From assembly GCA_951406725.2 (NCBI GenBank), contig OX597841.1:16864001-16928000 (forward strand): a stretch of DNA of 64,000 nt, read 5' to 3'. Within the stretch, counting starts at the first letter, position 1; every line of letters begins with the position of its first letter. Below are positions 43,670-56,469 of the stretch, piece by piece. Source of the DNA: Octopus vulgaris (Eukaryota). The position numbers and the translations under genes were made by a program. The notes beneath the pieces are model-generated. The model was not told the DNA's origin. It saw only the letters and a program-made list of their open reading frames with translations, and searched no databases.

Positions 43670-44013
43670 TATGTATATATATATATATATACACATATAC
43701 ATATGTATATATATATACATGCTTACATATATATATATATATACATATATATACACATATACATATGTATATATATATACATGCTTACATATATATATAT
43801 ATACATATATATACACACACACACACATATATATATATATGTCTATATATATATATATATACCAGGATAAACGGATGGATGAATGCATAAAGAACAATAA
43901 GTATATAGAAAGCCAGATTTACAAAAAATATACACCTGCATGTGACGTACGTGTATGGGTGTATATATAAACATTCTCTTATACATCACATACATACATA
44001 CACATATATGCAC

Positions 44014-44045
<32 letters not shown>

Positions 44046-44099
44046 ATATATACTTATACATACGTGCATATTTATATATATATATTTATTTGTATATTC

Positions 44100-44139
<40 letters not shown>

Positions 44140-44684
44140 GTATATATGTGTGTGTATGGATGGATGGATGGATGGATCTAAAATTCGCTCTATTTCGATA
44201 ACTCTGTATGCGTAACGAAGTACACTCACTCGTCCACACGTATATTTTGCTTGATATACATGGCTTATATCCGATTTAGTACTTTTGATTTCTTTTTCGC
44301 AACGAAAGGGCGTGATAGGAATTCATATATGAGTGTGTATGATCGTGTGTATAAACAAATATGTATGTATATATATATATACCTAGGTGTGTGTATATAT
44401 GTATATTTATAACTATATGCATATTCATATATATATATATATATATACACATATATATGCATGCATGCAGGTTTGTACGCTGGTATGTATATAAGTATGT
44501 ATATAGAAATATATAGAAAGAAGAACATATATATATATATGTATGTATGTACGAATATTAATGCATATATCCATATCCACATATGTGCATAAATATAGAT
44601 ACGCTATTGTATGTATATATATTTATATATCTATGTATATATGAACTTTTACATACTTTCTTACACACACACACATATACAATA

Positions 44685-44720
<36 letters not shown>

Positions 44721-44775
44721 CATATATATATATACATACATATATATATATACATACATATATATATATACACAC

Positions 44776-44808
<33 letters not shown>

Positions 44809-45134
44809 CATATATATACATATATATATACATATACATATATATATATATACACATATACATATACATATATACATATACATATATATATATACATATA
44901 CATATATATATATTTATAAATATGTACATATATATACATATACACATACACACATATATGTATATAAAAGACGTAGGTTACTTTGTAATGGCAGCAGGCC
45001 AATCAGCTACCTTTAACTAGCCACGTGATTTCTGTCTTGTAGTCCCGCACTAAATATTCCTTTTGTTATAAGTTATTCTTAATGCTATCGCCATTATCGT
45101 GGGACCTGTTTCTAGCGTTGTTACTGTATTGAGA

Positions 45135-45810
45135 ACGATGATGATGATGATGGTGACGATGATGATGATGATGACGATGATGATGAAGATGATGATGGCG
45201 ATGATCATGATGAAGATGAGGATGATGATGGTGACGATGATGATGATGGCGATGATGATGAAGATGATGATGATGATGGTGACGATGATGATGATGGTGA
45301 TGATGATAATGATGGTAATGGTGACGATAATGACGACGATGATGATGATGAAGATGATGATGATGATGTCGATGATGAAGACGATGATGATGATGTTAAT
45401 GGTGACGATGATGATGATGATGATGATGACAATGATAAGGACAACGATGATGATGAAGAAGATGATGATGATGATGTCGATGATGAAGACGATGATGATG
45501 ATGTTAATGGTGACGATGATGATGATGATGATGATGACAATGATAAGGACAACGATGATGATGAAGAAGATGATGATGATGATGTCGATGATGAAGACGA
45601 TGATGATGATGTTAATGGTGACGATGATGATGATGATGATGATGACAATGATAAGGACAACGATGATGATGAAGAAGATGATGATGATGATGTCGATGAT
45701 GAAGACGATGATGATGATGTTAATGGTGACGATGATGATGATGATGATGATGACAATGATAAGGACAACGATGATGATGAAGAAGATGATGATGATGATG
45801 ATGTTATTGA
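45135..45810. repeat. (GAT)n tract containing about 4 near-perfect 108-bp units
   Basis: TGTCGATGATGAAGACG recurs at 45367, 45475, 45583, 45691 (period 108). Confidence 0.92.
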
Positions 45811-46122
45811 TGCCGTCAACGCCGAGGAGGAAGTGAGAGGAAAGGAGAGAGGAGGCGGACGTTGGTGACGGCGATGCTTCTTCTGGCCGTTGGTGTTCGG
45901 GGCGGTCGTGGTGTTCCGTCTACTTGTGATGATGATGATGATGTTGATGAAAACAACGATGATGATGACGACGATGACATTAACGTTCGTGACGTTACAA
46001 TTTATGAGAACAACATCAAAACCAGCAACAACACCAGCAACAACAATAATAATGATAATAATAATAATAATGATAATAATGATAAGGATAACAACATAAT
46101 AATAACATTAATAATAATAGTG

Positions 46123-46158
<36 letters not shown>

Positions 46159-46645
46159 GCACTATAATAATAGTGATAATAACAATATTAACGATAATAA
46201 TGATAATAATAATAATAATAATAATGATAATAATAATAACACTATAATAATAGTGATAATAACGATAATAATAATAGTAATAATAATAATAACGATAATA
46301 ATCATGATAATAACAACATAATAACAGCAATAATAATAATGATAATAATAATAATAACATAATAACGACAATATTGATAATAAAAAAAAATAATAATAAC
46401 TTAATAACGATAATAATAATCATAATAATAATAATAATAATAATGATAATAACAACAATGATGATGATGACAATAATAAGGACAACAAGAACAACAATAA
46501 TAATAATGATGATGATGATGATAATAATAACAATGACGGTGATTATAATAATAATAATAATAATAATAATAACTTAATAACGACAATAATAACAATAATA
46601 ATAATGATTCTTATTCGGTTGCTATTATTTATGACAACAATAACA

Positions 46646-46677
<32 letters not shown>

Positions 46678-47231
46678 CGGAAATTATGAATTTTCTATTT
46701 TCATCTTTGAAATTAAACAATTTAAATCCTGAAGATTAATTGGTTTGTTTTTGTCGGTGGCGGTGGGGTGGGGGACAGGTGGGGAGGTAGTGGTGGCGGC
46801 GGTGGTGGTGGTGCTGGTGCTGTGGCGGCTGCGGGTTGTAGTGGAGAAAGGATTTTGTGTTGATGTTCATGGAGAATTTTGCTTTTTTTTTTGTGTGTGT
46901 GTGTGTATGTGTTGGCTTCCGCTGTTGCTGTTGTTTATGTTGCAGTTGTTGTTGTTGTGGTGGTGGTGGTGGTAATAGTAGTGGCGGCGGCGGTGGTGGT
47001 GCTGGTCAATGCAACATCATTGTTTGTATTAGTGTTGCTATTTGTACTGTAGTAGTAGTAGTAGTAGTGGTGGTGATGTACACTTAGTTTTGTAACAAGT
47101 ACAACCTACACAGGTATCCGTATGTCACGTGCCAAGTGATACTATACATTTCCCATTCATATAGATTTGTATGTGTGTGTGACAGATTGTGAGTGTAAGC
47201 ATGTTTGTGTGTATGTATATATATATATATA

Positions 47232-47646
47232 TACTCTTTTACTCTCTTTTACACTTTTACTTGTTTCAGTCATTTGACTGCGGCCATGCTGGAGCACGGC
47301 CTTCAGTCGAGCAAATCGACCCCGGGATTGTAAGCCCAGTACTTTTTCTATCGGTCTCTTTTCCCGAACCGCTAAGTGACGGGGACGTGAACACACCAGC
47401 ATCGGTTGTCAAGCAATGCTAGGGGGACAAACACAGACACACAAACACGTACACACACATATATACACATATACATATATACGACAGGCTTCTTTCAGTT
47501 TCCGTCTACCAAATCCACTCACAAGGCATTGTTCGGCCCGGGACTATAGCAGAAGACACTTGCCCAAGATGCCACGCAGTTGGACTGAACCCGGAACCAT
47601 GTGGTTGGTTAGCAAGCTACTTACCACACAACCACTCCTGCGCCTA
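47232..47646 (-). mobile_element. SINE family 1, full length
   Basis: Complete reverse-complement copy. Confidence 0.92.
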
Positions 47647-47926
47647 TGTATATATATATAGTAGAAATATGTTACGAAAAGGAAATGTAAAATACACGTG
47701 GAAATGTAAGGGTAAAATATGAGAAATCAACGAAAATGCATGTTGCAGATAGAAAAAGACTATTTATGACAGGTAACGACAAATATATACATTTAGATTG
47801 ACTGAGGTAGTAATACGAGTCATAAAAGTCATTATTATGAGATGATTATAAGATGATAATAAAGTAAGAGAACAAAACGAACCAATTGTTTACGCTAAGC
47901 TATTCATCGTTTGAACAACACCGGTT

Positions 47927-48606
47927 AACTTATAAATAAGGGTAAACGAAAAAATTTCTAATACCAAATACGTCGAAATTGAACATATTGTCCATAACCA
48001 TATATCTTTTCACAATACGCACGCTACTCGAAAAATAAAACCCAACAGAAATTTCCAAAAAATTCCATTATTACCATATCGGACTGATTTCAGGGTTAGT
48101 TCGCGAGAACCCTCCCTTCATCAGTGATAAATGTGGCAAAGAAATAAATGAGATACTTACTCAAACCCATGGAAGAAGCAAAACACTAAGTCATGAGCAC
48201 AATTAAGTACCCCAAATACATCCAAAATAGAAATACTCCAGCCCATTCAAGACACGTGCGATTTGAACTGAGGCTCTCATAGAATGAGAGAGTCCGAAAG
48301 TGAACGCCATTAAATTTATGTTTATTGTAGGATAAATTTTTTTCGAAAAAAATTTTTATCAATGGCCAGCATATTAAAAAATAGCTTTAAAGGTTAAATT
48401 TATAAATAACTTATAAATAATGGCAAACGAAAAAATTTCTAATGCCAAATATGCCGAAAATTGGACATATTGTCCATAACCATATAATTTTTCACAATAC
48501 GCACGCTACTCGAAAAAAAGGCCAACAGGAATTTCCAAAAAATTCCATTATTACCATATCGGACCGATTTCAGGGTTAGTTCATAAGAACCCTCCCTTCG
48601 TCAGTG
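47927..48606 (-). mobile_element. retrozyme/PLE-like element: two about 200-bp direct repeats, each carrying an HHR, period 480 nt
   Basis: 47927-48126 matches 48408-48606; non-coding structured middle. Confidence 0.75.
48077..48129 (-). ncRNA. type I hammerhead ribozyme motif
   Basis: UAUCA-CUGAUGA-AGGG AG GGUUC UCGC GAACU AA CCCU-GAAA-UCAG-UC^CGAUA. Confidence 0.72.
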
Positions 48607-48609
48607 ACA
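48557..48609 (-). ncRNA. type I hammerhead ribozyme motif
   Basis: UGUCA-CUGACGA-AGGG AG GGUUC UUAU GAACU AA CCCU-GAAA-UCGG-UC^CGAUA. Confidence 0.75.
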
Positions 48610-48740
48610 ATCAATACTTCATTTCATTTTACTATATACATACTATTTATACTATATATTCTATATTCTACGTTAATATTATAAAGAATATAAATAAAAC
48701 ATAAAAAACAGTTGGAATTCCTTTGAATAATGTATATATA

Positions 48741-48774
<34 letters not shown>

Positions 48775-48859
48775 CATGCTTATATATGCATAACCACTAG
48801 TTTATTATCTCCCCTTCTTGCTAGCTCTCCTGTGTGACCCCTCTGTCTGGCATTTGCCA

Positions 48860-49042
48860 TGATAGATCGCTAGCCACTAAACCCTTTTTATTTTCTCTCT
48901 CTGCTTATTTCTTTGTTCATTCCTGTTGAAGAGCATAGGCTCGAAACGTAAAAGACTTTCTCACTTCCTGAGCATTAAACTAATACATCTGTTTGTTGTT
49001 TACATACCTGTCTTCGTCTTTTGTTTGTTTGTAAATTTTCAA
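48860..49042 (+). mobile_element. HHR-bearing family A (copy 3, diverged subfamily)
   Basis: CTGTTGA-A-GAGC ATAG GCTC-GAAA-CG-TA at 48923-48950; weak stem I. Confidence 0.7.
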
Positions 49043-49102
49043 TATATATGTATATATATATATATGTATTGATTGGATAATCATTTTTACACACATATAT
49101 AT

Positions 49103-49195
<93 letters not shown>

Positions 49196-49198
<3 letters not shown>

Positions 49199-49398
49199 CG
49201 GGAAGGTTTACGAAAATAAACAAAAGACGAAGGCAGGTGGAGTACAAACAAACAAATATATTAGTATGGTGCTCGGGAATAGAAATAGAACAAGTCTTTT
49301 ACGTTTCGAGCCTACGCTCTTCGACAGAAAGATACACAGAAAAGAAACAAGGAGAGAAAAAAATGCGTGCAGGAGCTAACGATCTAACATGGCGTTCT
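49196..49398 (-). mobile_element. HHR-bearing family A (copy 4, intact motif)
   Basis: Motif at 49295-49332 on the minus strand; (TA)n on both sides. Confidence 0.75.
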
Positions 49399-49444
<46 letters not shown>

Positions 49445-50129
49445 TCCATCTATCCAGGTAGAAAGAGATATTTATATATGTAAGCATATAATATCTATCC
49501 ACTGTCTACCTGTCTATGTATGTATGCATGAATGTATCTATCTGTCTGTCTGTCGCTATATATATATATATATTTATCTATCAACCTACCCACCTACCTA
49601 TCTCTTTGTCTATCGCTTAATCTGTGTCTCTGTATAAGAGATATACATTCGTGGGTGTACGTTTGTTTGTATGCACACACACATACACACATATAATGCA
49701 TATATAGACACATATATACACACGCACACACATATAAACATATATAGATATACATACATACATACACGCACGTACACACCAACTTGCATAAATACCCCCC
49801 CCCCCCACACACACACACAGAAACACATATTATCTATCTTCTCAGCTAATCCGGATCAGATAAACATTTTTTCCTTTCATCTCCAATTCTTCAATATCTA
49901 CTCAGAGGTTTTTTTTTCTTCTTTATATATATTCCCCACCCGTCCCACGTTTTTTTTTCCTGTTTTCTTGAAATTTTTTCCACTTTCTCACTCCCCCCCC
50001 CCACACTTAAGTAAACACCACCACCTTCACCACCACCCGGCCACGATTTTTTCGTTTTCCGTTTTCTTTTTTTTCGATTTTTACATCTTTTCTCACCTCC
50101 TCAAAATTACCACACTCTCCTCACACACA

Positions 50130-51370
50130 CACACACCACCACCACCACCACTTCCACCATCACCACCACCATCATCACTACTATTCTCATCACAATTATC
50201 ACCACCTCCAACCGCCCACGCTCGTCATTTTTTTCTTTCTTCAGTTTTTCAATTTTTTCTCTCCACACCCACACCCTCATTGAAATACACATGTATATCA
50301 CCACCACCACCACCATTCCCACCTCCACCACTATCGCCAACTACAACACTATTACTATCATCGTCATGACCATCACTCACCACTACCACCACCAAAACTG
50401 CCACCAACACCACCACTAACAAAAACAACACCACCAACACCACCATCACTACCACTAGTACCACAAATAACACCACTACCAGAAACAACACCACCACCAT
50501 CATCTTCATCATCACCATCACCTCCAAGAATCTCACCACCAACACCAGTACCAACATCGCAACCACCCCCTCCACCACTACTATCACCACCAACACTATC
50601 ACCATCACCACTACCACACAACACCACCACCACCACTACCACACACAACACCGTCACCACCACCACCACCATCATCTACATCATCATCATCTACATCACC
50701 ACCACCATCATCTCCATCGACATCATCACCACCACTACCATCATCATCATCATCGACATCCTCACCACTACCACCATCTACATCGTCATTATCACCATCA
50801 CCACATCATCATCACCACCACCATAACCACCGCTACCATCACTATCATCTCCACCACCACAACCACCATCCCCATCTACATCATCACCATCACCACATCG
50901 ACATCATCACCACCACCATCACCGTCACCATCATCTACATCATCACCACCACCACCATCACTATCTACATCACCACCACCACCACCAACATCCCCATCTA
51001 CATCACCAGCACCAGCACCATCGTCACCATCATCTACATCATCACCACCACCACCATCACCGTCACCATCATCCCCATTTACATCACCACCACCAACATC
51101 CCCATCTACATCACCACCACCACCACCACCACCGTCACCATCATCTACATCATCACCACCACCACCATCACCGTCACCATCATCCCCATTTACATCACCA
51201 CCACCAACATCCCCATCTACATCACCACCACCACCACCACCATCGCCACCATCACCATCACCACCACCTACATCATCACCACCACCATCACCATCACCAC
51301 CACCACCACCACCACCACCTCCACCACAATCTACACCACCACCACCACCACCATACCACCGCCACTCCCA
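50130..51370. repeat. (CAC/CAT)n tract with local higher-order duplication
   Basis: Directly visible. Confidence 0.9.
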
Positions 51371-51790
51371 CATTCCCTTCTTCCCTTCTCTCCCTCTCTT
51401 CCCTAATGTCTCCCTATTCCCTTCCTTGTCATTCTTCGAACTTTACTCTTCACCTTTCGTTCTATTTCCATTCCCATATCACCGCCATTTCTTACGCATT
51501 TCTTCCCTATTTTTCGCCATATTTCTTGTCGTATTTCTCTTATTTTTTTCTCTCCAAAAAAACACTGTGATTTCTTCATTCCTTACCATTCGTCTTGTAA
51601 TCTTCCTTTTATATTCCGTTGCCATTGTTTTTGTATTTGTTTGGTGCGTTCACCATTTCTATCTATTGTTCCATTGTCCTGTTTTCTTCTAAACCATCCG
51701 CCCGCCCGCCCACCCATCCCCTCCACCACTCGGCTTACAAGTCGCATTCTTTCATATATATATATATATAGAATATGCATCTATGTATGT

Positions 51791-51833
<43 letters not shown>

Positions 51834-51846
51834 GCATGCATCTATG

Positions 51847-51884
<38 letters not shown>

Positions 51885-51897
51885 GCATGCATCTATG

Positions 51898-51937
<40 letters not shown>

Positions 51938-51950
51938 GCATGCATCTATG

Positions 51951-51986
<36 letters not shown>

Positions 51987-52003
51987 ATGCATGTATTTAT
52001 GTA

Positions 52004-52039
<36 letters not shown>

Positions 52040-52301
52040 ATGCATGTATTTATGTATGTACATATATATATATATAATATGCATGTATGTATGTATATAT
52101 ATATGTATATATATATATATGTATGTATGTATTTACATATATATATATATATATATATACATACACATACACATATATATAATATATACGCATGTTATAT
52201 TTATACGCATGTTATATTTATATCATATTTATTCCAAATCTTTCCTATGTCGATATGCATATTCTAAATATACAGATCTACGTACACGGAGGTATATATA
52301 T

Positions 52302-52337
<36 letters not shown>

Positions 52338-52553
52338 ATATTTATGTCTACATATACATATCCATGTATACATACATTTATATACATATATATATGTATG
52401 TATATATATACACATACAGACATAGACACAAACAAACACACACACATATGCATGTGCGTAACCTATCTTAGTGTATATTCCATTTCTTTTACATTCTTGC
52501 CATTTCTTTTACATTCTTGCTAATATATATATATATATACATACATATATGTA

Positions 52554-52983
52554 CTGCTCGTCTTCGACTTACGACCACATTTGGTTCCGACTGACTGGAC
52601 GTAAGTCAGCCTAAAGGCCTACATAGCTTTGTTTTATATTTTTACATTCTTAAGGTACATCCACAGGTTAAAATCCACACACAGCATTCCGTATCGTACT
52701 ATTATGTTGGCGTTAGTCGAAAATGTCGGAATCTCAAGCAGTCGTCTTATAAACAAATACGAGGTTTCCTCGATGTCTCCGTGGTAGGATACTCATCCAA
52801 AACAGTGGCGATCGATAACCAAACCTAGGGCAAGCGTTTGTTAGCAGCTGACATCATCCGTAGAGAAATTAAACCCATTAGATTTCAACTGGACTATTTA
52901 TGATTGCTGCCGGGACTTGGTGCATCAATCGTCGTAAAGTCGATCGGTCGTCAGTCGGATAGGTAGTAAGGCGACGGCGACCC

Positions 52984-52984
<1 letters not shown>
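52554..52984. mobile_element. pogo/Tigger-like MITE
   Basis: TA|CTGCTCGTCTTCGACTTTACGACC ... GGTAGTAAGGCGACGGCGACCCG|TA degenerate TIRs, internal GTCGTAAAGTCGA subterminal repeats. Confidence 0.6.
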
Positions 52985-53017
<33 letters not shown>

Positions 53018-53021
<4 letters not shown>

Positions 53022-53130
53022 CTCACCCTGTTTATTTCTGTGTTCCTTTCTGTCGAAGAGCGTAGGCTCGAAACGTAAAAGACTTCCTCACTTTCCGAGC
53101 GTTAAGCTAATACATCTGTTTGTTGTTTAT
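53018..53130 (+). mobile_element. HHR-bearing family A (copy 5, partial)
   Basis: CTTT-CTGTCGA-A-GAGC GTAG GCTC-GAAA-CG-TA-AAAG at 53046-53081. Confidence 0.72.
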
Positions 53131-53169
53131 ACATACATACATACATACATACATACATACATACATACA

Positions 53170-53234
<65 letters not shown>

Positions 53235-53389
53235 ATATATTGTTGAAAGATATCGTTATAGGTATAAATATACCGTAAACAAGTATAAAAAAATGGAGGA
53301 GAAAAAGATGTTATGATGAATCTTTTTTAGAAATCATTCTTTCTCTCTTTTTGAACCTCTCAAAAAGTTTGAATTGTTCTTTTTGAACT

Positions 53390-53556
53390 TATTTTCTCTC
53401 CTTTTTTCTCTCCTTGTTTTTTCTGTATCCCTTTCTGTAGAAGAGCGTAGGCTCGAAACGTAAAAGACTTTTTTCTCTTCTTGAGCGTTATACTAATACA
53501 TCTCTTTGTTTTGTACACCACCTGTCTTCGTCTTTTGTTTTTTTTCGTAAACTCTC
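53390..53556 (+). mobile_element. HHR-bearing family A (copy 6)
   Basis: CTTT-CTGTAGA-A-GAGC GTAG GCTC-GAAA-CG-TA-AAAG at 53431-53466. Confidence 0.72.
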
Positions 53557-54003
53557 CCCCCCCCTCTCTCTCTCTCTATATATATATAGTTCTTTTCCTG
53601 TTATTTAATATATATATTCTATCTAATTACAGGTGACCGTACGTCTTTGAAACGGCCGAATTTCAAACCAGGTAAGCCGATATTCCTCTCCCGCTTTATC
53701 GTATTATAAGGTTAATTTTTCAGAAAAAAAAAATCTATTATCATTTTTGTTATATGAAAACTTTTACACCTTATTTTGCTGGTTATGGTGGAAATAATAA
53801 TAATAAGAAGAAGAACAACAACAACAGTAATAATAATAATATTAATAACAGCCAGCAGACTAAGGTGACATTTATTTTACTGGTCATGCTTCAAGAACTC
53901 GACGAAGAATTCTTGCATTTCCAAGCAATACTGATTTTTGTAGGTGTTCTACCTTCACACTTGCACCGATCTTTTTCAACCATGTTGGTAGTTCAGTACT
54001 GAT

Positions 54004-54480
54004 AGGAGGAATTACAACCGTGTTTCGTGGTCTGCTACCACAACAGCTCCTTTATAGGATCCTGTTAGCTCAAGACATCATCAGGAGGAACCACGTCCGG
54101 TTTCGGCCCCTACTCCTCTACCGTTTTGACGTGGTGGGGCACCCCCTTTCGGAGGTGTCTTCAGCTCTGGTGTTGGGTGCATGTCTTCTTTCTTCCGTTC
54201 CTTGGCCTCTTCGATGTATCGTCAGCGAGTGTCAGCCGGTGACTGACTGTCTTTTCAAATTTTTCCCTTTAAATACCTGCCTGCTACGCTCCAGCAGGCG
54301 ACCCCAGCAAGTTGTCACGTGATACTGTCTCACCTTAACTGACTAGTGAAGGCGCATAGTTTTAGCCCACGCTTTTTCCAAACGACCGTCACCTGTCAGT
54401 CAGCTTGTCTCACCTAATGATGTTATTTCCCATCGGCGTGTTTATTACTTTCAAGCCATTTTCGGTCTTCCCGCTCCAGC
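54004..54480 (-). mobile_element. probable Penelope-like element 3' end with a cluster of hammerhead components
   Basis: Interrupts the REL ORF; minus strand has a short ENGLKV..W-like coding tail, TATTTAAA, then CUGAAGA, CUGAUGA, GAAACCGG and GAAACACGGUUGUA. Confidence 0.5.
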
Positions 54481-54516
54481 CAATTACTATTGGTATCACG
54501 TCTACTCTCTTCATTG

Positions 54517-54900
54517 GGAGGCGCAATGGCCCAGTGGTTAGGGCAGCGGACTCGCGGTCATAGGATCGCGGTTTCGATTCCCAGACCGGGCGTTGTGAGT
54601 GTTTATTGAGCGAAAACACCTAAAAGCTCCACGAGGCTCCGGCAGGGGATGGTGGTGATCCCTGCTGTACTCTTTCACCACAACTTTCTCTCACTCTTAC
54701 TTCCTGTTTCTGTTGTACCTGTATTTCAAAGGGCCGGCCTTGTCACTCTCTGTGTCACGCTGAATATCCCCGAGAACTACGTTAAGGGTACACGTGTCTG
54801 TGGAGTACTCAGCCACTTACACGTTAATTTCACGAGCAGGCTGTTCCGTTGATTCGGATCAACCGGAACCCTCGTCGTCGTAACCGACGGAGTGTTTCCA
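54517..54900 (+). mobile_element. SINE family 3, full length
   Basis: Nearly identical to the 22980 and 25697 copies. Confidence 0.92.
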
Positions 54901-55329
54901 TCCATAGTTGTATATTTTTTCTTCTTTCACATTGATCCTGTTGTCACCGGAGCATGCTATGTCAATTATCAAACAGGTTCTTCCTTTTCTATTCATCACA
55001 ACAATGTCCGGTTTCCAATGTCTGGTCAGGTGATTGCACTGGATCATTGCGTCCCATAGGATTCTGCAATTCTCATTTTCATTGACTCCTTCTGGGGTTT
55101 TCTCATACCACGTCTTTGCTTTTTGTAAGCCATGATTTCCAAAGATCTCCCAATGGATCATTCTTGCCACATTGTCATGGCGTCTTTTGTAATCGCATTG
55201 TGCCAATTGCAGACATTCGTTAATGATGTGCCATACCATTTCACCCCTCTCACCACACATTCTGCATTTGTCGCCATCGGTAGTATTGTCCATTCTGCAC
55301 TTCGTATAGTTGTTCCATTATTATTATTA

Positions 55330-55888
55330 TCATTGAGTGAGAGAGCAGTGCATGCCATCAAAGTGACACTGGGGTAAAATATACGAAGCCCAATATACCC
55401 ATCATGACTACCCGTCTGATAAGGGTACACCAGGCACATGCATCACAACCATATGTGCGCGACATGGTGATCTCATATCAAGATAAACAGCACATGACCT
55501 TGCAGGTGGGGCCCAGTTAGAATTTTCTTCAGGTTGAGTAGCCCATCCCGCTCAAACGGTCCCTGAATAAGGGTTGCTTAAGGATGTTGAAAGAACCACC
55601 CATGTTTCCAGAGGTGAACTATTCAAACCCCAAAGAATCCCTCTCAACACATGGCTATGATGCTCCCCCACTACTTCTGCTCGTGATCAGAGATGCACAT
55701 ATCGTCAGCCACTAAGGGACATGCTCAACTGGTTAAGGTCAAACAACTGACAAGCAAATCTGTGGTATTGAGCAGAATATTTGCTGTAGCCCATCTTTTA
55801 TACCAAGACAAAACAATGTACACGATAACACTTCCAATCAGTTAAGATCAGAAGCCATGAGAGCCACTGCCTGGTACTGCATCAGGGC

Positions 55889-55892
<4 letters not shown>
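55330..55892 (-). mobile_element. non-coding interspersed element embedded in (TAA)n
   Basis: 560-bp complex sequence with TAA/TTA repeats on both sides and no ORF; may be a non-autonomous TAA-targeting element; strand is a guess. Confidence 0.45.
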
Positions 55893-55948
<56 letters not shown>

Positions 55949-55970
55949 TTTTATTATTATTATTATTAGC

Positions 55971-56370
55971 ATAGGTGCAGGAATGGCTGTGTGGTAAGTA
56001 GCTTGCTTACCAATCACACGGTTCCGGGTTCAGTCCCACTGCGTGGCACCTTGGGCAAGTGTCTTCTACTATACCTCGGGCCGACCAAAGCCTTGTGAGT
56101 GGATCTGGTAGACGGAAACTGAAAGAAGCCCGTCGTATATACGTATGTGTATGTATGTGTGTGTTTGTGTGTCTTTGTTTGTCTCCCCAACATCGCTTGA
56201 CAACCGATGCTTGTATGTTTACACCCCCGTCACTAGCGGTTCGGCAAAAATAGACCGATAGAATAAGTACTATGCTTATAAAGAATAAGTCCTGGGGTCG
56301 ATTTGCTCGACTAAAGGCGGTGCTCCAGCATGGTCACAGTCACATGACTGAAACAAGTAAAAAAAAGAGT
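55971..56370 (+). mobile_element. SINE family 1, full length
   Basis: Complete copy. Confidence 0.9.
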
Positions 56371-56437
56371 ATTAGTATTGCTGTTGTTGTTGTTCTTCTT
56401 CTTCTTCATCTTCCTCTTCTTTTTATTGTTGACGTTG

Positions 56438-56469
<32 letters not shown>

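Larger units (their letters stand above)
53850..55312 (-). mobile_element. R4/Dong-type non-LTR retrotransposon 3' relic split by two insertions
   Basis: 54901-55310: CRMC..HIINEC zinc knuckle, RRHD, KPDIVV..IIDIAC; 54481-54516: MKRVDVIPIVIG; 53884-54003: ISTELPTWLKKIGASVKVEHLQKSVLLGNARILRRVLEA*. Confidence 0.88.

Noticed and set aside
47803-47812. let-7-like TGAGGTAGTA
   Set aside because: Only 10 nt match, then diverges; no precursor hairpin seen
48266-48300. Opposite-polarity hammerhead inside the 480-nt unit (CTGAGG..hairpin..CCGAAAG)
   Set aside because: Core lacks A9 spacing and there is no stem I or III
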